Below the pieces are notes generated by a model. The model had not been told where the DNA came from and searched no databases. It saw only the letters and a program-made list of their open reading frames with translations. The translations under genes were made by a program, and so were the position numbers. Positions 33,996 to 43,785 of a stretch of 64,000 nt of DNA are shown in pieces. Source of the stretch: an uncultured Methanomicrobiales archaeon (lineage in GTDB: Archaea; Halobacteriota; Methanomicrobia; Methanomicrobiales; Methanospirillaceae); contig OY969100.1 of the NCBI GenBank assembly GCA_963697895.1, forward strand, positions 256,001 to 320,000. The letters are read 5' to 3'. Within the stretch, counting starts at the first letter, position 1. Each line of letters starts with the position of its first letter.

Positions 33996-34024
33996 GGGAA
34001 TTCCGTGGAAATCTTAAAAAACCG

Positions 34025-34288
34025 TTAATCCAGGGGTATGGTCTCGAGCTGGGATACCAGTTCCCAGATCCGGGTCCGGGCATGCACCGGCATGTTGGGG
34101 TCGTTGCTGATCTCGTCGATCTTGGAGATCGCCTCGGCTGCGCGAAGCCCAATCCCCTTGTTATTGTTCATGAGCAGCTGGCGGGTCTCATCTGCCACTC
34201 TCCGGATATTCCGGGGAATGGTACTGTCATCCATGATGTGCTGCAACATCAGGATACAATTTTCTATCGTTTTTTCAGGACTGGGCAT
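34025..34288 (-). CDS. UPF0147 family protein
   Basis: [30 protein letters not shown]. Confidence 0.9.
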   Translation of the reverse strand: MPSPEKTIENCILMLQHIMDDSTIPRNIRRVADETRQLLMNNNKGIGLRAAEAISKIDEISNDPNMPVHARTRIWELVSQLETIPLD

Positions 34289-34379
34289 GGTCTCCCTCTG
34301 TCTCTTATTAATACTAATATCCCCATTTATATAGTTTGGTAAAATACTCTCATCCAGAGAACGACGTGGAGGGGTACCT

Positions 34380-34742
34380 ATGCAGAAAGAAGACGAAATC
34401 ATGGCGGAATATCTCCTGAAGGGAGCGAAGATGCTTGCAAAGACCTGCCCGGAATGCGGCTGTCCGCTCTTCGAATACAAGGATACCACGCGGTGCGTGG
34501 TCTGCACGGCCGGTGTGCAGGATACGGCCGGGACAGCGACCGCTCCGGTCTCCGGGGAGGGACAGGAGCGGACTTTCCCAAACGAGGGGAAAGCGGTTCA
34601 TACGATAGCCGTTCCGGCACTGGAGCAGGCGCTGGTCGCCCTCTGTGAACGGGCCGCCAGCGAAACCGATCCCGGGCGGTGCCTGACCCTGATGGAGGCG
34701 GTGCACCGGGGAGCAGAGGCCCTCCGGATTCTGACCCGCTGA
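34380..34742 (+). CDS. UPF0148 / SSSCA1-like Zn-ribbon protein
   Basis: [24 protein letters not shown]...CVVC. Confidence 0.88.
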   Translation: MQKEDEIMAEYLLKGAKMLAKTCPECGCPLFEYKDTTRCVVCTAGVQDTAGTATAPVSGEGQERTFPNEGKAVHTIAVPALEQALVALCERAASETDPGRCLTLMEAVHRGAEALRILTR

Positions 34743-34761
34743 GAGGGCCTGCCACCGCGGT

Positions 34762-37023
34762 TCAGGTACCTTCCCGGCGGTAGGGGCGCCGGCAGAGGTC
34801 ATGGATCTGACGGGCTTTCCGCTCCCCGATTCCTTTAACCGCACGAAGCGCCTCCAGGTCCGCATCGATCACCCGCTGGATGTTGCCAAAGTGTTCGAGG
34901 AGGAGCCTCGCATTTTTCAGGCCTATTTCCGGGAACGCCGCAACGATCCCCTCCTGCTGTGCCGCGAGGGAATGGTACGATTTCCGCCCCGGGAACCGTG
35001 GCTCCCGTTCCCCTCCGGCCTCCCGGCTCGCGAGGACGTAGATCATCTGGGCGGTGTCTTCCTCGTCCCGCGTGAAGAGTGGAACCACCCGCAGGTCTGC
35101 CGTGATCGCGGCGAGTGCCCCACGAACCGCGTTCGGGTGAATATCCCGCTGGGTGTAGATATCTCCGCCCTCTATGATGATGATGGGGAGAGGAGCGGCC
35201 TCGGCGAGTGCCTTCAGCTGGGCAAAGAGATCCCGCTCCACCAGCGTATCGACGAAATCCCGCGCTGTCTTCCGTTCGATAAGGATCCGATCGCCGATCG
35301 CGTAATCTCCCTGTTCCAGGCGTACTATCGAGAGGGATGCACCGGACGTGTGCAGCTTCTCGACCACCCGTGAACCGGTCTCCCGGTCGTCGACCCGGAT
35401 CCGGGGGCCTTCGGCCCTGACCGTGCCGGCCTCGTCCGTCCCGGGGCCCGGCCCGGTATCCAGGGTGGCCTGGCCCGGGGAGAAAGAGGATACGCTCATG
35501 CGCCGGATCCCGGACCGCATGCTCCGTTCCCGGGACTGGCTGATGAACCGGTAGGTCTCGTCCGAGGTCCCTTTCGTGACGAGCACGATGATCTTCCCGG
35601 TTCTGCTCCGCCCCGTTCTTCCCTTCCGCTGGATGCTCCGGATCTCGGAGGGCACCGCTTCATAGAATATCACGAGGTCCGTAGACGGCACATCGAGCCC
35701 CTCTTCCCCCACGGATGTTGCAACCAGCACCCGGATCTCGCCAGACCGGAACCGTGACAGGGCCTCGAGCTGCCGCTTCTGGGAGAGGCCCCGTTCACTG
35801 TCCCGGGTGGCCTGGCCAACGAACCGTTCGGCGGCGATCGCATGGGAACGCAAATGATCCACGATCTGCTGCACCGCATCCCGGTAGCTCGCGAAGATGA
35901 TGATGCGGCTGTCCGGGTCCGCATCCAGCTGTGCCCGGGTCAGCTCCTCCACGATCGAGAGCTTCGGATGGAGCTCTGCGTCCCACCCGGCGGCCCGTTC
36001 AAGAAGCCGGAGGAAGACCGGGTCTGCGGCGAGCCGCCGGCTTGCCTTGGATCCCCCCGGGGAGTTTCCTTCGGCAGAGAGCCGGAAGAGATACTGCTTC
36101 AGCACCCGGCTTCCCTGGGACTCTGCAAGAGATACTGCATGCCGGAGCTTCATGCATTCTGCATAGAGGGAGGCCGCCTGGTATCCCTCCGGATCACGGG
36201 CTGAAATCCGGGTCTGGATCTGTGCGTTCAGCGCATTCAACGTCTTCATCGTCAACTGCTGGCGATTCGGAAGGGTGAAACGGAGGTCCCGCAGCCGGTC
36301 GAGACGACGGTCCAGGAGCTGATTGAGATCCCCGAGTGCCTGGGCCAGTTGATCCGGAAGCGGGATGCTGATAACCTCTATCTCCCGTTCGTGGACATAG
36401 GGAGCCACATCTTCATCCTCTTCGACCCGTGTCTCCACGATTCCGATACCGAGGTTGGTGCAGACTTCCGCCACCTTCTCCGGCTGGCCTCCGGGAGAGG
36501 CAGTCATTGCCAGCAGCCGGGGACTGGCAGCCGTGGCGAGGTACTGCTCTGCAAGAAAGACGTAACTGTAGTTCCCGACCGCCCGGTGGCATTCGTCGAC
36601 GACCATGAGCGTGACATCATCGAGAGTATACCGGCCGGCAATCAGGTCGTTTTTCACCACCTGCGGAGTAGCGAAACAGACCGTTGCCGATCTCCACCCC
36701 TGTTCGCGCTCCTCCGGGGGGGTCTCCCCGGTGAACATCACCAGGGGTGAGGGAGAACCCGGCCCGCCGGGCAGGAGCAGGAAGCGTTCGAAAAAGCTGC
36801 GGTGCTGTTCGACGAGCGGCTTTGTCGGCGCGAGAACAAGGATCCTGCCGCCCTCGTTGTACAGGCGGGATGCCGCGACGATAAGGGCAATTGCGGTTTT
36901 CCCGAGCCCCGTCGGGAGCACGACGAGGGTATTTCCCTCGAGGGCGTGCATGGCAATGGAGAGCTGATAAGAGCGTGATTCGAGTGTATCCGGGCGGATG
37001 AGGGGATGGGTGATACAGGTCAT
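34762..37023 (-). CDS. hef: Hef helicase/nuclease (FANCM-like helicase plus ERCC4 domain)
   Basis: LPTGLGKT, DECHRAVG, TASPG, EEGLD, IQRKGRTGR; C-terminal VDDRE, GDY, IERKT, HhH motifs. Confidence 0.95.
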   Translation of the reverse strand: MTCITHPLIRPDTLESRSYQLSIAMHALEGNTLVVLPTGLGKTAIALIVAASRLYNEGGRILVLAPTKPLVEQHRSFFERFLLLPGGPGSPSPLVMFTGETPPEEREQGWRSATVCFATPQVVKNDLIAGRYTLDDVTLMVVDECHRAVGNYSYVFLAEQYLATAASPRLLAMTASPGGQPEKVAEVCTNLGIGIVETRVEEDEDVAPYVHEREIEVISIPLPDQLAQALGDLNQLLDRRLDRLRDLRFTLPNRQQLTMKTLNALNAQIQTRISARDPEGYQAASLYAECMKLRHAVSLAESQGSRVLKQYLFRLSAEGNSPGGSKASRRLAADPVFLRLLERAAGWDAELHPKLSIVEELTRAQLDADPDSRIIIFASYRDAVQQIVDHLRSHAIAAERFVGQATRDSERGLSQKRQLEALSRFRSGEIRVLVATSVGEEGLDVPSTDLVIFYEAVPSEIRSIQRKGRTGRSRTGKIIVLVTKGTSDETYRFISQSRERSMRSGIRRMSVSSFSPGQATLDTGPGPGTDEAGTVRAEGPRIRVDDRETGSRVVEKLHTSGASLSIVRLEQGDYAIGDRILIERKTARDFVDTLVERDLFAQLKALAEAAPLPIIIIEGGDIYTQRDIHPNAVRGALAAITADLRVVPLFTRDEEDTAQMIYVLASREAGGEREPRFPGRKSYHSLAAQQEGIVAAFPEIGLKNARLLLEHFGNIQRVIDADLEALRAVKGIGERKARQIHDLCRRPYRREGT

Positions 37024-38741
37024 TGCGGGAGCTCGCCAAAGAAGACCGTTCCGTCGACGAGAGAACGGATGATATCGGGGATGCGATCGATCGCGATCCG
37101 CACCTGGCCCATGGTATCGCGATCCCGGAGGGTGACGGTCTTCTCCGTGGGAGTGTCGTAGTCTATGGTGATGGCAAAAGGAGTCCCAATCTCGTCCTGC
37201 CTCCGGTATCGTCTTCCAATTGCCCCGGAATCGTCATATTCCGCGAGAATCCCGTAGTCCTTAAGGTTCCCGACGATCTCCCGTGCGATCTCGTCGAGAC
37301 CGTCCCTGGCCATCAGCGGAAGGACGGCAACCTGTACCGGTGCGATCAGGGGCGGCAGCTGGAGAACGACCCGCACTTCACCGGCGACATCCTCCTCGCT
37401 GTAGCGGTGTTCGAGGACCGCGTAACACATCCGGTCGATCCCGTAACTCGGTTCGATCACGTGGGGGATGATCTCGATCCCGGGGATTTCGACGACCTCC
37501 TCGCGAATCTGATACAATTCCGCCGGAATAAAGAAATTCTCCCCGTCGATCATGACATGACACCCGTCGGTCCCCGGGGAACAGGCTGCAAGTGCATCTG
37601 CCACAGCTTTTGCCTTACCACGGAACTTCGGCCCCAGGGCTGCCATATCGGGTACGACCCTCGTCCGGTGCCGGATCTCCGGCTCATCGAACGGGATGAA
37701 GACCGTGAAGGACTGACCGGAATGTTCTGCATGTGCCCGCAGATCATAATCGGTCCGGTCGGCGATACCGACCGTCTCCACCCACCCGAACCGGTCCGAA
37801 CGGATCTCCGCATCCCAGCAGTCTTCGGCATAGTGGGCGCATTCGTCCGGGAGGTGCTGGCGAAACCGTATCCGGTCCGGGGAGACCCCAATCCGGTCCA
37901 ACAGATGATGGGTAAGGGCGATATAGTAGGCGACGTACTGATTGGCGATGATGCCGTCTCTCACCGCGTCCTGCATCGTGACCGTCACCGGGGCGGTACA
38001 TTCCTGCTGCTGTTTTATGGCGAGGAGCGGAACCGCGTAACAGGCGTACCGTTCGAACTGGGGGTGATCCTTCTCCTGCGGATGCACGAATATCTCCGCC
38101 TCCGCCTGCGTGAACTCCCGGAGACGGATCATCCCCTGGCGGGGGGAGATCTCATTCCGGTATGATTTTCCAATCTGCACCGCTCCAAAGGGCAGCTTGT
38201 CCCGGTAAAAGCGGAGGAGCCGCTGGAAGTCGGTGAACATCCCCTGGGCCGTCTCCGGTCTGAGATACCCCGTACGCTGCGAACCGGGACCGATGGAGGT
38301 CTGGAACATGAGGTTGAATGAAAATACCTTCACATCTCCGAGCTCTTTTTCGCATACGGAGCAGGGGAGGCGGGAGAGGGTTTTTGCGAGGACCTCCCCG
38401 GGCATCGTGGATGCCCCCGGGATCCCGTGCGCTTCTGCTGCATGGTCGGCACGAAGGTATTCCCCGCAGTGCGGGCACTGGAACATCTTGTCTGAAAAGC
38501 CTTTCACATGTCCGGAGGCGACAAAAACCGCCTCCTGCCCGATGGTGGGGGATTCGATCTCGTAGTATCCTTCCTGGATCACGTAGAACTGTCTCCAGAC
38601 ATCCTCGATCCGACGTTTCATCATGCACCCGAGCGGCCCGTAATCGATAAAGCCGGCGACTGCACCATAGCACTCGGATGCAGGCCAGACAAAACCGCGT
38701 CTTTTTGCGAGGTCCATGACCCGGTCGTAGATATCATCCAT
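37020..38741 (-). CDS. glyS: Glycine--tRNA ligase (alpha2 type)
   Basis: DYGPLG, FNLMF, YLRPETAQG, YRNEISPRQG, IEPSYGIDR, IGRRYRRQDEIGTP. Confidence 0.97.
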   Translation of the reverse strand: MDDIYDRVMDLAKRRGFVWPASECYGAVAGFIDYGPLGCMMKRRIEDVWRQFYVIQEGYYEIESPTIGQEAVFVASGHVKGFSDKMFQCPHCGEYLRADHAAEAHGIPGASTMPGEVLAKTLSRLPCSVCEKELGDVKVFSFNLMFQTSIGPGSQRTGYLRPETAQGMFTDFQRLLRFYRDKLPFGAVQIGKSYRNEISPRQGMIRLREFTQAEAEIFVHPQEKDHPQFERYACYAVPLLAIKQQQECTAPVTVTMQDAVRDGIIANQYVAYYIALTHHLLDRIGVSPDRIRFRQHLPDECAHYAEDCWDAEIRSDRFGWVETVGIADRTDYDLRAHAEHSGQSFTVFIPFDEPEIRHRTRVVPDMAALGPKFRGKAKAVADALAACSPGTDGCHVMIDGENFFIPAELYQIREEVVEIPGIEIIPHVIEPSYGIDRMCYAVLEHRYSEEDVAGEVRVVLQLPPLIAPVQVAVLPLMARDGLDEIAREIVGNLKDYGILAEYDDSGAIGRRYRRQDEIGTPFAITIDYDTPTEKTVTLRDRDTMGQVRIAIDRIPDIIRSLVDGTVFFGELPQ

Positions 38742-38991
38742 AGGGATCACGATTCTTCCCGATCTATTCGACGGCGGGTATGAAAAAGCTGTTTCCGGCT
38801 CCCGTTGCATGACAGAGCATAACCGGGAAGAGGAGATCCGCATTCGGGAGGGTACCCGGTTAACAACCCCGGTTTTATCCCGGGAAACGAATAAAAGACA
38901 GGAATACTCCTTCCAAATCTATGGGAACTCCGAAATGTTTATATATATTTGCAGGTATCTATATCGGTTAATCAAAACGAGTGGTTTCCAG

Positions 38992-39600
38992 ATGCCCGAA
39001 GACAAAAGAAAAACCCAGCTCCTCGAGCTCTTCACCAACATCACGAGCAAAACGAAGATCGTCGAACCGATGAAGAAAGTTCACGGTACCTTGCGTGACC
39101 GCGATGCCATTGAACGCGAGATCGCCCTCGTCATGCGCGAAATACTGGAACAGGGATATTTCAAGACGAAATTAAAACCGATCCAGCTTGCCAAGCTCGT
39201 CTCCGCCTACTATGCCGGGAAGAACGATACCGAGATCGCCCGTGAACTGGGGGATGAAAAGCTCTCCAAGACTGTTGCCCGTGCCCGGGTAAGGTTGAAA
39301 CTCTTCCGTGACCTCGATTTCAAAATGCCGTTCGACCGCGAACGGATGGAAGAGCTGATCCAGTCAGGCGAGACGATGAAAGATGTGAGTGAAGAACTCG
39401 GCGTAAGCCCGTCGACGCTCCGTGAGTACCGCCATGTGATCGAACAGCGTGACGATACGTCGATCGATATGTTCCTGGAACGGATCCGCGACGTGATGGA
39501 GGACCGGGACCTGACCGAGCAGATGACGATCAGCGCCACCAAGGATTCACTCGGGGAATCCATCGATATCACCGAGGCCGAACTGATCGATATCGCATAG
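38992..39600 (+). CDS. Conserved HTH protein, resembles haloarchaeal Cmi4-type proteins
   Basis: LLELFTNIT..HGTL; DTEIARELG..VARARVRLKLFRD; MKDVSEELGVSPSTLREY; TATA tttatatat at about 38938. Confidence 0.7.
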   Translation: MPEDKRKTQLLELFTNITSKTKIVEPMKKVHGTLRDRDAIEREIALVMREILEQGYFKTKLKPIQLAKLVSAYYAGKNDTEIARELGDEKLSKTVARARVRLKLFRDLDFKMPFDRERMEELIQSGETMKDVSEELGVSPSTLREYRHVIEQRDDTSIDMFLERIRDVMEDRDLTEQMTISATKDSLGESIDITEAELIDIA

Positions 39601-39782
39601 TAATCCGCTCTCGAATTCGCGGATCACATCATCTGTTTTTTTCGGAATTTCTTTTAAAACCCAAAAGGTCCCGATTATTTTTCGGATACCATTCCGGCGG
39701 CTGTTTTCCCCGTATTCCGCTGATATGCTCCGGCAACGGACACCGTGCATTATTCATAACAGAACGGTCTTTAGTTAGAATC

Positions 39783-40436
39783 ATGGAGCTGACGTGGCTT
39801 GGGCATGCGTGTGTCATGCTTGCAGGAACAAAAAAAGTGCTGATAGACCCGTTCGTGCCCGATGGAAAGATCCCGGTCATGCCGGACCTGGTGGCGGTTA
39901 CCCACGGTCACGGGGATCACCTGGGAGAGACGGTCCGGCTGAACAGAAGGACGATCACGAACGTCGAGATCGCGAAGTACCTCAGAACGAAAGGGGTTCC
40001 GGCCGAGGGAATGAATATCGGGGGGACCTTTTCTGCCGATGGAGTGACGTTCATCATGACACAGGCAATTCATTCGAGCCCGCTCGAAGATCTCGGCCCG
40101 GGAGGATACGGGGGTCTTGCCGCGGGATTCGTGATAGAACTGGATGGCATCCGGGTGTATCATGCCGGCGACACCGCACTCTTCTCGGACATGAAACTGA
40201 TCGGGAAGCTGTACCGGCCGCAGGTGGCCCTCCTCCCGGTCGGGGGGCATTACACGATGGGGCCCGACGAGGCGATGATCGCCGCACAGTATGTCGGGGC
40301 GGCAACCGTAATCCCCATCCATTACAATACGTTTCCGGTGATACGACAGGATCTTGGACCCTTCAAACAAGCGGTGGAGCGGACGACCGATCTGAAGGTA
40401 CAGGTCCTTTCACCGGGGGAATCGGTGTCGTTGTAA
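39783..40436 (+). CDS. Metal-dependent hydrolase, MBL fold (UPF0173)
   Basis: WLGHA, THGHGDH, HSS, YHAGDT, IPIHYNTF. Confidence 0.92.
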   Translation: MELTWLGHACVMLAGTKKVLIDPFVPDGKIPVMPDLVAVTHGHGDHLGETVRLNRRTITNVEIAKYLRTKGVPAEGMNIGGTFSADGVTFIMTQAIHSSPLEDLGPGGYGGLAAGFVIELDGIRVYHAGDTALFSDMKLIGKLYRPQVALLPVGGHYTMGPDEAMIAAQYVGAATVIPIHYNTFPVIRQDLGPFKQAVERTTDLKVQVLSPGESVSL

Positions 40437-40660
40437 CCGGGAGATAACAGGGGAGAATGGGGTGCCCTGAAGGTACCGGAGTCACCAATATGATCCGGTC
40501 ATAAGTCTGTTTTCCGGAATTTCAAGGGAGGCAGGGGAGTACAGAGGCCTCTGTTATATCTTTTGGGAGGCCAGACCGGATTGTCCGACGCAGGACGCGA
40601 TCTCTGGCGTGCAGACCATATCGATAGACTGCGTATTACTTGTGGAGAGTGGAGTTCCGT

Positions 40661-41104
40661 TCAGGTGAACAGGAGATACACGTTGTTCACGACCGAGACT
40701 GCGTATATATAACAGTCAAGGAGCAAAGCCAGGAAAATAACCAGGTTGAGGGTGAAAAACCTCGGGGGGCACGGTCCTTCCACCGCAACCTCTTTTTGGT
40801 ACAGGAAGATGCAGAGAAAGAAGAGAAGCACGGATACAAGGATTTTAACCGAAAGATGCAGGGCGGGATCCATGGCAATTCCTGCAACGACCGGATTTTT
40901 TTCGACGAACCCCATAGATAGTGCAAGGGTCGTGGAGAACGCGTCCATGATCATGAGCGGGATGAGCACGAGTAAGGGCCAGAGGAAGTAATTCCTCCAG
41001 GTCACGGGAATGAAATAATCCCGCAGCCGATCCGGTCCCCTGGCCGGAACGGAAGGATTGCTTCCCGGCTTGCACGTTACGGATTCAGGTACCGGTTCAG
41101 CCAC
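40661..41104 (-). CDS. Small membrane protein (DUF5658-like)
   Basis: MDAFSTTLAL..GFVEKNP, VK, VVNN motifs among TM helices. Confidence 0.7.
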   Translation of the reverse strand: MAEPVPESVTCKPGSNPSVPARGPDRLRDYFIPVTWRNYFLWPLLVLIPLMIMDAFSTTLALSMGFVEKNPVVAGIAMDPALHLSVKILVSVLLFFLCIFLYQKEVAVEGPCPPRFFTLNLVIFLALLLDCYIYAVSVVNNVYLLFT

Positions 41105-42126
41105 TGGATTGCCCTCGATGCTGCGATACTCACGTACGGGTCCTGATCATAGAGTTCGATATGGTTGTGGGTCTCGATCCAGATGAGATCTTTCGGCCCG
41201 AGTGCCGCATCGTACGCCTGCCGTGCATATTCCGGCAGCAGGAAAAGGTCTTTCGTACCGTGGATGATGAGCAGCGGGTTCGGGGCGACCAGCGGTGCGT
41301 GGACGATCGCATTATAGGCAAAAAAGGGCTCGAGTGAGGCCGCCGTCATTTTTTCCGACCAGTTGGGGGCGTCTGCCTTATGGGTCCGGTCATAATAACT
41401 GTATGCCTCTTCGTTCGGCATCGCCGCCATCGGGACCTTCTCGGAGAGGCTGTGGGCGATGGTTGGTATATATTCGGTCTCGCCCGTCAGGTACTGCCGC
41501 ATCGTGATCTCGTTGATCTTCCGGGCGAATTCGTTGAATCCTTCAATTCCCATGAACTGCTGGAAAGTCCCACCGATATTGAACCCACCCGCGATGCTGA
41601 CCACTGCTTTTATCCGCTTCTCGCGGGCGCCCGTCGAGATCGCGTACCCGCCCCCCATGCAGACACCGACCACCCCGATCCGGTCGTGGTCGATATCCTC
41701 CCGGGTGAAGAGGTAACGCACCGCGTTCACATAATCATCGATCACCTGGTTCGGGTCGTAATGGAACCGGGGTTCGCCCTCGCTCTCGCCGAAACTGCGG
41801 GAGTCGAAGGTAAGCACCGTGTACCCGGCATCGGCGAGCCGTTCTGCATAATGAGGCAGGGTCTGTTCCTTGATGCTGCTGATCGGGCCGCACATCACGA
41901 TCCCCGGGGTCCGGCGGGAACCGGGTATCCCGGGAGGGCGGTACAGGTGGCCGGCGAGCAGAAGACCGCTGCTACGGAACGCCACCGGTGTTCGTCGTTT
42001 CGGGTCGGCATGCAACAGGTTGGAAGGATCGGAAGGGAGGTAGTGGAGGTCGTCCACCGGTTCGGACGCCGCCGTTGCCGTAGGGCGGATACGAATCACG
42101 GATATCGCAGGGTCGATGGTTTTCAT
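41077..42126 (-). CDS. Alpha/beta hydrolase with Cys nucleophile (YcjY-like)
   Basis: GHLYRP, IKEQT..YA, FDSRSFGESEG, GVCMGGGY, IHGTKD, NHIELYD. Confidence 0.85.
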   Translation of the reverse strand: MKTIDPAISVIRIRPTATAASEPVDDLHYLPSDPSNLLHADPKRRTPVAFRSSGLLLAGHLYRPPGIPGSRRTPGIVMCGPISSIKEQTLPHYAERLADAGYTVLTFDSRSFGESEGEPRFHYDPNQVIDDYVNAVRYLFTREDIDHDRIGVVGVCMGGGYAISTGAREKRIKAVVSIAGGFNIGGTFQQFMGIEGFNEFARKINEITMRQYLTGETEYIPTIAHSLSEKVPMAAMPNEEAYSYYDRTHKADAPNWSEKMTAASLEPFFAYNAIVHAPLVAPNPLLIIHGTKDLFLLPEYARQAYDAALGPKDLIWIETHNHIELYDQDPYVSIAASRAIQWLNRYLNP

Positions 42127-42250
42127 GCGGATCACCACCCGATTCTCGCCGACATGGTATAATAACGTTCTCACCGGGTTGTACCGGTGCGAAGAGCCTT
42201 CAGGAATTTGAAGAAGGGATGATGGGGGCGATCGGATACGAATGATCTTA

Positions 42251-43432
42251 CTAAAAATCCGTCATAACCCGGTACTGGTCGATCTCTTCCTTATTCATCT
42301 TCTGGAGGAATCCGTCGGCCGCCAGGTAGACATCTTTGCTCGCGGTGATCGCCCGTCCGACGACCAGAATGTCGGCTCCTGCTTTCAGGGCATCTTTTAC
42401 GTTTTCTGCCCGGATTCCTCCGGCAGTCGCAACAAGGAGTTTCCCTCCCGCCGCTTTCTTCAATGCAGGGATGTCCCCCCACGCATGTGCCGTTCCTTCC
42501 GCGTCGATGGCACGGTGGAGCTCCACGATATCCGGGGAAACGGCGAGTTTCTCGATCACCTTCACCGGTTCGGTGACGTTTAACATATCGATCACCGAGT
42601 AGATTCCGGTCTTCTTCGCCTCGTCGATCGCCTTCTCCATCGTGGGGACCGGAGCGAGGCCGGAGATCACCACGGCGTCCGCCGATGCATCCGCCGCCAT
42701 GCGGGCCTCCAGGTTTCCGGTATCGAGGATCTTTAAGTCGGCGATGATGAAGGCGTTAGGGCGGAGCTTGCGGATTTCAGAGATAATGGAGAGACCGAAC
42801 TTCTTGATCAGCGGTGTTCCGGCCTCTATGATCAGGTGGTCGTTCTCCGGAAGCGAGGTCAGCACCGACGCCACTTTTTTCATCTCCACGAGATCGAGCG
42901 CGACCTGAAGATACGGCGGGTCCCAGAGCCGCTGCACCTTGAACCCCATCACCGCGTGGGCGGCACGGTCCTTCTCGTACAGAAGTGTCTTTGTATCGGG
43001 GAACGCATCGAATGCCCTCCGGATCGCGAGTTTTGTCGCACCATAATTGAACCGGTAAATCCGGTTATAGTCCGTAGCATCCGGGTGGAGATAGGCACTG
43101 GCCAGGATCACGAGCCCTTCAGGGTCGCGATCCGCAAATATTCCTTCCTCGACCGAATCGGCAACGGCCTTTGCAACCGCCGCCTGTACCGGACCGAACA
43201 TCTCGGCCACCTGCGTCTCCCGCTTAATCGTCACCTTCGGAATGACGAGCGTCGCCGGCTTTGTAAGAAGATTCGGCCGGATGACCGCAAGCAGGGGTGT
43301 ATGCCCGGCAGAGAGCTGCGAGAGAGCATTTGCGAATGCCGTCCCTACCGGCCCCTCCTTTTCCCCGATGATCAGATCGATATGTGCCAGTTCCGTGCCG
43401 TCCCCAACGAGTGCTTCTCCTACCAGATACAT
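42251..43432 (-). CDS. fae-hps: Bifunctional formaldehyde-activating enzyme / 3-hexulose-6-phosphate synthase
   Basis: VGEALVG..AHIDL, FGPVQAAVA; LQVALD, IEAGTPLIK, ADLKILD, ELHRAID, ILVVGRAIT. Confidence 0.95.
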   Translation of the reverse strand: MYLVGEALVGDGTELAHIDLIIGEKEGPVGTAFANALSQLSAGHTPLLAVIRPNLLTKPATLVIPKVTIKRETQVAEMFGPVQAAVAKAVADSVEEGIFADRDPEGLVILASAYLHPDATDYNRIYRFNYGATKLAIRRAFDAFPDTKTLLYEKDRAAHAVMGFKVQRLWDPPYLQVALDLVEMKKVASVLTSLPENDHLIIEAGTPLIKKFGLSIISEIRKLRPNAFIIADLKILDTGNLEARMAADASADAVVISGLAPVPTMEKAIDEAKKTGIYSVIDMLNVTEPVKVIEKLAVSPDIVELHRAIDAEGTAHAWGDIPALKKAAGGKLLVATAGGIRAENVKDALKAGADILVVGRAITASKDVYLAADGFLQKMNKEEIDQYRVMTDF

Positions 43433-43538
43433 GGAATTCCCCATCGCGTGACAGATGTCCGCAGGAGTATATATGCAACAGACTCATATAAAAATGCCAG
43501 CGGGGATCAGGCTTCAAACACACAGGAAAAGCATAATG

Positions 43539-43695
43539 TGGGGTCGGTGAGATTTGAACTCACGATCGACGGGTCTCTCCGACATGCGTCAGTGCTCCAA
43601 CGGATCATCACCGATTCAGAAGACCCATTTTCATCATTCACACGACGCGAAAGACCGCTGGAGCCCGTCGCCATTCCGGACTAGGCCACGACCCC
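43539..43695 (-). tRNA. tRNA-Trp (CCA) with 83-nt intron at position 37/38
   Basis: GGGGTCG/CGACCCC-A acceptor; ACGGG-CT-CCA-G|A-CCCGT anticodon arm; GTGAG-TTCAAAT-CTCAC T arm; exons 43695-43658 and 43574-43539. Confidence 0.95.
43575..43657 (-). ncRNA. Intron-encoded box C/D guide RNA (targets C34 and C39 of tRNA-Trp)
   Basis: C ATGATGA, D' CTGA, C' GTGATGA, D CTGA; guides TGGGTCT and CCGTTGGAGC complementary to the pre-tRNA. Confidence 0.9.
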
Positions 43696-43785
43696 CGGTG
43701 TTTTGTATAAATCGGTTTTTTCCCGATTTAACTCTTGTGGAACAGAGCAATACCCATATATTCCCGTCATTCCAACAGTGTAGGG

